A DNA stretch of 64,000 nucleotides, taken from NCBI GenBank assembly GCA_977017575.1, contig CDRNVI010000100.1, positions 1 to 64,000 on the forward strand, given 5' to 3'. Below, piece by piece: positions 55,855-64,000 of this stretch (positions are counted from its first letter, which is position 1; every line of letters begins with the position of its first letter). The translations under genes were made by a program, and so were the position numbers. Source of the stretch: Paramoeba atlantica. Its lineage: Eukaryota; Protista; Discosea. The notes below the pieces were generated by a model, which had not been told where the DNA came from, did not search any database, and saw only the letters and a program-made list of their open reading frames with translations.

Positions 55855-56862
55855 CTACTGCGAATCCTGTGAGCTATCCATCAGAATACGAGGACGAAGC
55901 ATAGGAGGGGCGATAACCTTGATATTTTCGATCAATTCAATAGGCGAATTGTTCTCCAGGACATCTTTTGGTCGTTCGTTGATGGCTGCAGATGTCGTAT
56001 CAAGCGCAGCTTGCGTGACGTGGGTGAACGATGTTCGCTTACGGTAGAAATCACGAACAAGACCATTGAAATTTTCAACGCCCCCTTTCTCCCAACTTGC
56101 GTAGGGCTGACAAAAGAATGATTGACAGCCCACCGAAGCGTTCACTAGTTCGTGTTTCGCGAACTCGGTTCCATTGTCGTACGTGATAGTGAAAACTTGG
56201 AACCCCTGCAGAGCACGAGTGACCTCCTCGGCTACAACTTCTGATTTCTTGTTCTCCAACTTCCGGAGAACTCCGTAGCGGCTTTTTCTCTCCACTAAAC
56301 TGAGAAAATAGCCACTATGTTGCGCGCCTTCAATCAAGTCACACTCCCGATCTCCATATCTGGAGCGAGTATTGACGAAACCTGGGCGCTCGCTTATGTC
56401 AGTTCGATTCGGTATTTTCAGGCGATTTGTACCCCGTCGCCTTCTACCGCGACCTCCCCCCCGGCGCAGGAACTGAACTAAATTCCCTGCTCTGTCTTCC
56501 TGTTTGATGAATCCATAAACGGCTACACGAGAAATCTTTACCCCATCTTCTTTAAAGAGAGTTGTAGCGATTTGCTGTGGGCTAAATCTCTTCCCCAGCA
56601 AAGCAATCACCTTCTCTTGCACATCACCTTGTATTTTCTGGTGCTTGTGTTTCCGCGAGGAAATGGATGTGTTTGCCGCTCGTTGCGCGCGCTTCGCATT
56701 ATACTCCCCGTTACGCATACCTCTCGTGAGCTCGCGGCTCAGCGTTGACTGATTTACAGACAACTTTTCGGCTATTTCCTCCTGCGAGAAACCTTGCTGG
56801 TTGTATAGCACCTCTATTTTAGTGCGATCTTCATGATCCATACGCTTTTTTGATTGTGCCAT
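55855..56862 (-). CDS. IS30-family transposase, intact (copy 1)
   Basis: HTH_38-like N-terminus (SQEEIAEKLSVNQSTLSRELTR), FSPQQI, ERPGFVNTRSRYGDRECDLIEG, LVERKSR, YDNGTEF, PYASWEKGGVEN (DD33E), INERPK. Confidence 0.95.
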   Translation of the reverse strand: MAQSKKRMDHEDRTKIEVLYNQQGFSQEEIAEKLSVNQSTLSRELTRGMRNGEYNAKRAQRAANTSISSRKHKHQKIQGDVQEKVIALLGKRFSPQQIATTLFKEDGVKISRVAVYGFIKQEDRAGNLVQFLRRGGGRGRRRRGTNRLKIPNRTDISERPGFVNTRSRYGDRECDLIEGAQHSGYFLSLVERKSRYGVLRKLENKKSEVVAEEVTRALQGFQVFTITYDNGTEFAKHELVNASVGCQSFFCQPYASWEKGGVENFNGLVRDFYRKRTSFTHVTQAALDTTSAAINERPKDVLENNSPIELIENIKVIAPPMLRPRILMDSSQDSQ

Positions 56863-56896
56863 TGAAACAGAAAGCTGAGAGAAAAACGTAGAATTA

Positions 56897-57007
56897 TGCA
56901 TGTGAATGTGCTATATGCATGTGAATGTGCTATATGCATCTGAATGTGCTATATGCATGTGAATGTGCTATATGCATCTGAATGTGCTGTTATGCATGTG
57001 AATGTGT
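56897..57007 (-). repeat. 20-bp minisatellite (ATGCAT(G/C)TGAATGTGCTAT)n
   Basis: About 5.5 units directly upstream of IS30 copy 1. Confidence 0.95.
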
Positions 57008-57015
57008 TATATACA

Positions 57016-57160
57016 ATAAAGATACAGTTTCTGTACCTTGTTGGTACATTTTGCTAGCCCTTCCTTTCTTTTCCCGGAAACGGGCATATTCTTACTTTTA
57101 AATGCCCGTTTCCGGCTGACGGCTAGCTGGAACTGTCCCTCTTTGTCGCGGAAGTAGGGG
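57016..57160 (+). ncRNA. Spliced-leader RNA gene-like sequence, 5'-truncated (exon 57016-57043 plus GT intron)
   Basis: ATAAAGATACAGTTTCTGTACCTTGTTG|GTA matches the kinetoplastid SL core; downstream perfect 14-bp stem CCGGAAACGGGCAT/ATGCCCGTTTCCGG closed by GCTAGCC/GGCTAGC. Confidence 0.7.
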
Positions 57161-57599
57161 ACGCACTTCGCACTCTTCACCCCTCCCCGGCTCGCTCTCT
57201 TCGAGTGAGCTTTCTTCTCCCGGGAGCTATGCGCCATGGTGGCCTCCCTTGAGGACCACTGGGCGTGCTACCGCGGGAGGACACGTTGTATGCGTGTATA
57301 GGGGATGCGAACTTGCACCCCTCTCTCCCTACATGCTGTAGCGAGTGCGGCGGTAACGGACCTCCCCATGATGCATCATGATCCACGATAGATCATCTGA
57401 CAGCATGAACCCACGGCTTGACCGTGCTGCAGCATGAACCATGGCTATACGTGCTGTAGCATGACCGATGGGCGTCTCGTCTCCTACCTCGCACTACACT
57501 CTCTGTGTGACACCCGTCGTATGCGGGTCATGCGCCGATGGTATCGGCCGTCACACAGAGAGACGTATCTCTGCGCCACGAGCGTATGATCATGACCAT

Positions 57600-57720
57600 T
57601 TATGCATGTGAATGTGCCGCTTAGTATGCATTATCAATGTGCAGTAAATATGCATTTGAATGTGCTAATATGCATCTGAATGTGCTATATGCATTATAAA
57701 TGTGCCGCTTAGTATGCATT
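57600..57720 (-). repeat. 20-bp ATGCAT-type minisatellite array
   Basis: About 60 bp near-identical to 61830-61895. Confidence 0.85.
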
Positions 57721-57721
57721 A

Positions 57722-57915
57722 TTGCGGTGGTTGTAAAACTACCGCTCTACACTCGATTATTGAAAAAAAAGTGAACAAAAACAGCGAAAATATAAAGGGG
57801 AACACAGTAATATAATAGAAGAAAAAAATATAAAAGGGGGCTCCGGTGGTCCAAAACTGAAAAAAAAAAATTGAAAAAAATGGGGGGTCCATGGGGGGGG
57901 GTCCAGGGGGGGGGC
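57722..57915 (-). mobile_element. 3' end of hairpin-ended family element
   Basis: TTGCGGTGGTTGTAAAACTACCGCTCTAC...GAAAAAAAAGTGAACAAAAACAG; C-run CATGGA/CTGGA motif. Confidence 0.85.
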
Positions 57916-58320
57916 GCCCGCACATTGATAATGCATACTAAGCGGCACATTGATAATGCATATAGCACATTGATAATGCATATAGCACATTGATAATGCA
58001 TATAGCACATTGATAATGCATATAGCACATTGATAATGCATATAGCACATTGATAATGCATATAGCACATTGATAATGCATATAGGACATTGATAATGCA
58101 TATAGCACATTGATAATGCATATAGCACATTGATAATGCATACTATGCGGCACATTGATAATGCATATAGCACATTGATAATGCATATAGCACATTGATA
58201 ATGCATATAGCACATTGATAATGCATATAGCACATTGATAATGCATATAGCACATTGATAATGCATATAGCACATTCATATTGCATATAGCACATTGATA
58301 ATGCATATAGCACATTGATA
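57915..58320 (+). repeat. 20-bp minisatellite (ATAGCACATTGATAATGCAT)n, about 20 copies
   Basis: Read directly. Confidence 0.97.
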
Positions 58321-58565
58321 AGAGTGACAAAGACATCCGATTCTTATCCATAAATGTGCGTCCTTTATATACACGGGCATGTACTTATGCGCGTTACAAA
58401 AAAAAAGTGACCCCCCCTCGAAAAAAAAATCGACCCCATGAAAAAAAAGTGGAGGGGGGGAATAAGTTAAAAAGAAAAAAAGTGGAGGGGAGAAACAAGT
58501 TAAAGAGCGCTAGTATTTCATTCCTGCTCCCGGTGAGGCCCCGGAGTTGCGAGAGGCCTCCATAC

Positions 58566-58660
58566 CCCACAACTACCACCTTCCCCCCCTATTTAGCCGG
58601 GGTAGCGCGAGCGACCCCTGATAAATGGGGGGAAGGTGGTAGTTGTTTTGGGGAATATGA
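58566..58660. repeat. Module E head-to-head palindrome
   Basis: ACAACTACCACCTTCCCCCCCTATTTAGCCGGGGT-AGCGCGAGCG-ACCCCTGATAAATGGGGGGAAGGTGGTAGTTGT. Confidence 0.9.
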
Positions 58661-58704
58661 GAGGCCGAACGCACGGAGGGGCCGGCCGGGCCACTGAGTC
58701 TGAC

Positions 58705-58975
58705 GTTAGTGGGAAGCAATTTGCGAAGCTCAACTTTTCCATCATACCCGACCCCTAGAAAAGCCAAGACTTTGTTTACCCGTCTGCGAGACAAAAATGT
58801 GTGTCGTTAGTGGGAAGCAATTTGCGAAGCCCAACCTTTCCATCATACCCAACCCCTAGAAAAGCCAAGACCTTGTTTACGCGTCTGCAAGACAAAAATG
58901 TGTGTCGTTAGTGGGAAGCAATTTGCGTAGCCCAATTTTTCCATCATACCCAATCCCTTACAAAGCCAAGACGAC
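58705..58975 (+). repeat. 101-bp tandem repeat, about 2.7 copies, downstream of IS30 copy 2
   Basis: GTTAGTGGGAAGCAATTTGCG at 58705, 58806 and 58907; an analogous 125-bp duplication (55557, 55682) lies downstream of copy 1. Confidence 0.9.
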
Positions 58976-59198
58976 TGAAGCCCAACTTTTCTGACTGAGC
59001 CCAACTGTTCCACCATACCCAACCCGTAATAAAGCCAAGACCTTTTGAAGCCCATACACGTAAAGAAAACAACATTCAATGCAAGAACGCACACGAAATG
59101 CAAATATCCAATACAAACAAGGCCGCGCAGTTTCATAGGAAATTAGTGTTTTATGACACAATATTTGAAGTAAGAAGCCCACGCACACGAAAAGAGGT

Positions 59199-60179
59199 TT
59201 AAGATTCCTGCGAGCTGTCCAAGAGAATTTGCGGTCGAATTTTCCGTAAGTTTTGCACAAACTCAGATGGGGACTGGTCTTGGAGCACCACTTTCGGTCG
59301 AGCATTGATATTGCTGGATACGGAATCAAGGTCTGCTTGGGATATATTACTGAAAGGATGAGACTTTGGGTAGAAATCTCTGACGACGCCATTGAAATTT
59401 TCGACACCACCCTTTTCCCAGCTCGCGTACGGTTTACAAAAGTACGACGAGCAATTAAGGGAACGATTTACGCTCTCGTGCTTCGCGAATTGCGTTCCAT
59501 TATCATATGTGAGTGTCCGTACCAAAAAGCCTTGAAGGGCGCTGGTGATAGTCTCTGCTACAAGAGTCGATTTCTTGCATGATATCTTTTTCAGGATCCC
59601 GAAACAACTTTTGCGCTCAACCAGGGTAAGAAAGTGGCGTGTACCTTCTATTAGATCACACTCCCAATCACCGTATCGTTCCCGATCGTTAACAATGCTG
59701 GGCCGCATATCAATATCTGTACGATTAGGGATGCTGGTACGATTAGTTCCACGACGACGGCGTTGTCCACGAATTCCCCCCCGACGGAGGCAACTCTCCA
59801 AGTTTTGACTCTTATTCCGACTAATAAAACCATAAATTGCCTTCCGGGAAATGCTCACACCTTCTTTACGCAAAGTAACAGATATCTGTTGAGGGCTAAA
59901 GCGCCGACGTAACAGAGATATGACACTCTCTTTGATGTCTCCTTCAATTTTGCTTGCACGGGACTTCCGTTTACTCATTGCTTGGTTGAGTGTTCGTTCA
60001 GCCCGCTTCGCGTTGTACACACCATCCCGATCTCCACGTGCCAGTTCTCGACTAAAAGACGACTGATTTACTTTCAGTTTTGAGGCAATTTGTGCTTGCG
60101 AAAAGTTTTCTTGATTGTGGAGAACCTCAATAAGTTTACGATCTTCTGAATTAATACGTTTTCTAGATGTTTGACACAT
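59199..60179 (-). CDS. IS30-family transposase, intact (copy 2)
   Basis: 326 aa; same motif set: FSPQQI, RPSIVNDRERYGDWECDLIEG, LVERKS, YDNGTQF, PYASWEKGGVEN, INARPK. Confidence 0.95.
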   Translation of the reverse strand: MCQTSRKRINSEDRKLIEVLHNQENFSQAQIASKLKVNQSSFSRELARGDRDGVYNAKRAERTLNQAMSKRKSRASKIEGDIKESVISLLRRRFSPQQISVTLRKEGVSISRKAIYGFISRNKSQNLESCLRRGGIRGQRRRRGTNRTSIPNRTDIDMRPSIVNDRERYGDWECDLIEGTRHFLTLVERKSCFGILKKISCKKSTLVAETITSALQGFLVRTLTYDNGTQFAKHESVNRSLNCSSYFCKPYASWEKGGVENFNGVVRDFYPKSHPFSNISQADLDSVSSNINARPKVVLQDQSPSEFVQNLRKIRPQILLDSSQES

Positions 60180-60212
60180 GGTGCAAGAAAGACAAAAAAA
60201 AATATTATCCGG

Positions 60213-60930
60213 TTACATTATGCATTATCAGGTTACATTATGCGTTATCAGGTTACATTATGCATTATCAGGTTACATTATGCGTTATCAGGTTACATTA
60301 TGCGTTATGAGGTTACATTATGCGTTATGAGGTTACATTATGCGTTATCGGGTTACATTATGCATTATCAGGTTACATTATGCGTTATCAGGTTACATTA
60401 TGCGTTATGAGGTTACATTATGCGTTATCGGGTTACATTATGCATTATCAGGTTACATTATGCATTATCAGGTTACATTATGCGTTATCAGGTTACATTA
60501 TGCGTTATCAAGGGTACAATATGCGTTATGAGGTTACATTATGCGTTATCGGGTTACATTATGCATTATCAGGTTACATTATGCGTTATCAGGTTACATT
60601 ATGCGTTATGAGGTTACATTATGCGTTATCAGGTTACATTATGCGTTATCAGGTTACATTATGCGTTATCAGGTTACATTATGCGTTATGAGGTTACATT
60701 ATGCGTTATCGGGTTACATTATGCGTTATCGGGTTACATTATGCATTATCAGGTTACATTATGCATTATAAGGGTGCGAGTTACTATGCGTTATAAGGGT
60801 GCAAGTTTTATGCATTATCAAGGGTACAATATGCATTATCAGTGGCCCTATATGCATTATCAAGGGTACAATATGCGTTATCAAGGGTACAATATGCGTC
60901 ATCAGGTTACATTATGCATTATAAGGGTGC
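60213..60930 (-). repeat. 20-bp minisatellite (TGC(G/A)TTATCAGGTTACATTA)n, about 30 copies decaying at the right end
   Basis: Read directly; immediately upstream of IS30 copy 2. Confidence 0.97.
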
Positions 60931-60959
60931 GAGTTTTATGCGTGATAAGGGTGCGTGTG

Positions 60960-61573
60960 CCCCTACACTAGCTTTCTCCGCAGTTGTTTTCGCAAGGTAT
61001 CACTTCTTCGAACCGTGGTGCGCCCCTCAAAATGACCCATTTTTGACTAAAAATATTTTTCGGACCTAAAGGGGCATTTTTGTGTCGAAAGAATGGTATG
61101 GTTGGAGTCGCATTCTCTACCGAATACGTTCGGTAGGTATTCCATTCATGCCTACGAGTGATGTCCCACGCGCAAATGTCGGATTTAGTGCTCTGAGAGC
61201 AAAAATACGCGAAAATCACCCCATTTTTACCCGAAATTCGGCTATTTTTTAATAGTTCACGTTTTGAAATTTAGCCGAGGGGCGGCTATATATTTGCCTG
61301 CTGGCCCTTCAGGGCACATAATTTTCTCAAATTATGATGTAGTATTCTCTAATTGCATGGAGGGGGGTGTTTACTCGTTTGTTATATTCTTGTTAGGTTG
61401 TTATTTTGTTACGTTTTAAGTTTTGTGCTATAATCTTTCCGTTTTCCAGGCCAAATTTTCTTTTTTAGGCTCTTCGTTAAACGCGGCGGTAGTTTTCAAC
61501 TCGGAGAGCGTAGCATGAGTGACTTCTAAGTTGAAAACAACCACCGCGTTTAACGAAGAGCCTAAAAAAGAAA
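60960..61573 (-). mobile_element. 5' portion (modules D and C) of hairpin-ended family element
   Basis: Reverse-complement match to 14113-14560; palindrome with 44-bp arms at 61447-61573. Confidence 0.85.
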
Positions 61574-61574
61574 T

Positions 61575-61900
61575 AAATGTGCGGGAGGCGGGTCGCGCGA
61601 GCGACCCCTGATAAATGGGGGGAAGGTGGTAGTTGTTTTGGGGGAAATGAGAGGCCGAACGCACGGCCGGGCCGGCCGGGCCAATGAGCCAATAATATCT
61701 ACACGTTTTTTGAAATTTGTGATTAAAAGGGAAGGATCAACAAAATTGAGAAATATGCATGTGAATGTGCTATATGCATGCGAATGTGCTATATGCATTT
61801 GAATGTGCTGTTGTGCATGTGAATGTGCTGTTATGCATGTGAATGTGCCGCTTAGTATGCATTATCAATGTGCAGTAAATATGCATTTGTATGTGCTATA
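61575..61900 (-). repeat. Module E (hairpin GGGTCGC-GCGA-GCGACCC) plus ATGCAT-type minisatellite
   Basis: Matches 58605-58695 and 57600-57670. Confidence 0.85.
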
Positions 61901-62045
61901 CATGAGGGGCTGCGGGTGGGGATTCGGTACGGTCTCGGCGCGGTCTCGGCGCGGTCTCGGTGCGGTCTCGGTGCGGTCTCGGCGCGGTCTCGGTGCGGTC
62001 TCGGCGCGGTCTCGGTGCGGTCTCGGTGCGGTCTCGGTGCGGCGT
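61900..62045 (+). repeat. CATGAGGGGCTGCGGGT end followed by 11-bp tandem (CGGTCTCGG(C/T)G)n, about 10 copies
   Basis: Left end identical to 34417-34433; period 11 read directly. Confidence 0.8.
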
Positions 62046-62259
62046 ACGCACTTATCTCAGTGCAAGAACAGAAAGTGTGAAATGGGTGGGGGGTGGGGGA
62101 AGGGGCGTAGAAGGCGAAGGCGAGGCTACATGAATCCGGACATTGTTGGAGAGGAAATCTCAATGAAATTTACGTTTATTAACAAATCTGTACGGTTACA
62201 GATACACTTAACTACAAATTTATCACGAACCTTGAACGTAAATATTTTTCTTTTTGGTG

Positions 62260-64000
62260 TCCAATCCAATCCAATCCAAAAAGGCCGATATAAATCGGCT
62301 AGAAACACTACCGTTTTGTATTTCGTGAGGACACTTTTCTCTTAGGTGAATCCTCCCTCTCAACACCCACCGTTTCATGTAGCACCCTTGGTCCTTCATG
62401 ATCTTTATTTTCTCCAACACCATGCCCCCCCAGTAATAAGTCCTCACTCTCTTCGGATGATTTCACTCCGGAATCTCTAGGAAGTAATACACCTTTTTTG
62501 TGGATAGGTTCCCCCCCAGTATTTGACATCTTGCGTTTGTTAGCAATATTCTTACCGTTACTCTTGGGATTATAAATTTCTCGCATTTGTGAAGGGTTTA
62601 CGAGCTCCGTGGTATGGCCATTCAATGTCTTTTTCCTCTTTGTTTCCGGAGAGGATGTCGCAAGTTTGCGAGAGCCAGCAAGTGCTAGCGCATCGGCTTT
62701 CTCGTTATGGACATTTCCATTGTGTGACTTTACCTTATCTACACAACATATAATATTTTTAGATTGTAGAGAACGGACCTGTAAATCTATGTCTTCTAGC
62801 AACTTTCCGTTTGGCACACTGCCATACCCAATCACACGACGTCTGAGACGCATGTGGTGAAAAAAGTTCCAAACGTAGAATGAATCCGTATGTATCATGA
62901 TGGCATCAATTCCTGGTGGGATTCTCTTGATCGCCTCATAAAAGGCTTCTGCTTCAGCTATCTCGGCCGAAGGAGCCTCAAGTCGTAATGATATAAACTT
63001 GTCTTGTGTCCACTTTTGTCGGATTACTAGGCCCGCTCCGCTTCTGCATTCTTGTTTAGTTTTAAGTAAGCGGACAGACCCATCGATGTAAATGTGTACC
63101 TCTTTATCTTTGATGGGAAATGGTTCACTATCTTCTTCCAAAAACTGTAAATCATACAAGCTTTCTTTTTCGATCGCGTCTTTGTAAAGGCTTTTCCATT
63201 TTGATGTTTTAACGCGAACGTAATCAGGGAGTGGTTCTAATATTTGGTGTAAATTTTCACAGAGTTTTTTCCAATGAATGCGGTCTTGAGAGTACACCAG
63301 AGCTTCCTCAAAGTTTATCCCCAGATCTCTGATGCATGATTCAGCTGGTGACATGGAGCGCGACGTTTCCTTGCTTTTCCATTGTATAAGTTCTCTAAAC
63401 ATCGAGGAGTGTCGAAGAATATGTCCTACAACTGACATATATGCGACTGACACGGTGTATTGTTGAAAAGCGCGGTGTACCACAATAAAGAGATTCCAAT
63501 GGGTAGCAGTGACCAAATTCATCCAGCTTTGCACATTGGCACGCGAATCTACGCATCATGTTTATTTCGACCTCAATAGAGCGAATCATGGCATTAGGAA
63601 TTGTTATTGAAGCTGCTCCAAATGTGAGTATGGGGTAAACGAGACAATTGAACAAGCGTAGTTTCGTCTCTGCGTTCAATGGTGAATCCCAAATTCCTCG
63701 TAGTTTGCGGAACGCTGCCCACGTTAGTCGTAATCTATCTTTCACGGATGAGGAAGAATCGGCAGCGTCCTGCATGTTCCCAAGATACCGGTATTTATCG
63801 ACATACGGGATTTTCCCAAAAGAAATAGTACGAAGATCGCGAGTTCCGCCAGGAATTTTTCCGAATGCCAACCAAGCAGTCTTAGTCTGACCAACGGCAA
63901 TGTGTAGATTAGCCTGTTTTGCCTCATTTGCTGTTGATTCAATCATTTGAGAAAGTTCACGCTTTGTGGAAGCTATCAGGGCAATATCGTCAGCGTAATT
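62260..64000 (-). mobile_element. 3' part of non-LTR retrotransposon: RT, RTE-like C-terminal region, RNase H, tail
   Basis: NYADDIALI at window edge, KYRYLG, VVGHILRH, SQDRIHWKKL, RNase H (YIDGS, AEIAEAEA, IHTDS, HNEKADALA); frameshift near 63435; 3' hairpin GCCGAT-ATAA-ATCGGC then (TTGGA)4. Confidence 0.88.

Noticed and set aside
57915-60930. CRISPR array
   Set aside because: 20-bp units are contiguous with no unique spacers; no cas genes; eukaryotic context.
57747-61069. MCYMHYQC and LHYALSGY repeat ORFs
   Set aside because: Translations of 20-bp arrays.
1-64000. Stop-codon reassignment or prokaryotic origin of the whole window
   Set aside because: Host genes read cleanly in the standard code; ZPR1, DENR, CCDC25 and Sec12-like are eukaryotic; no operon or RBS pattern.

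Overview
Eukaryotic, intron-less, transposon-rich DNA, most likely from a kinetoplastid; a Perkinsela-like prokinetoplastid is my inference from the LRR family style. Evidence: all 17 recognisable host genes lie on the + strand like one polycistronic unit, the cyclophilin has the kinetoplastid-type FAGKAGKH insert, and two spliced-leader (SL)-like sequences occur (44.7 and 57.0 kb). Host genes: two DUF1279/FAM210-like paralogues, an amino-acid permease, an MhpD/FAH-family hydratase, ATM1/ABCB7, CCDC25, ZPR1, DENR, cyclophilin A, a Cwf18-like protein, a LisH protein, a Sec12-like protein and five LRR proteins. Much of the rest is mobile DNA: nested Tc1/mariner elements and MITEs with TA duplications, a pogo-like and a DDE_Tnp_4-like remnant, a decayed Helitron-type Rep fused in frame to a Tc1 transposase, CRE/SLACS-like and TATE-like fragments, and an RT-RNase H LINE at the right edge. 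The strongest novelty candidates are: (1) two intact, divergent bacterial-type IS30 (DD33E) transposases embedded in a modular system of 20-bp minisatellite arrays and palindromes; (2) a dispersed hairpin-ended, TSD-less element family, probably rolling-circle, whose ends can be read from a nested insertion; (3) repeated C-rich to G-rich strand-skew flips inside host genes. All alignments were done by eye; no database search was run.
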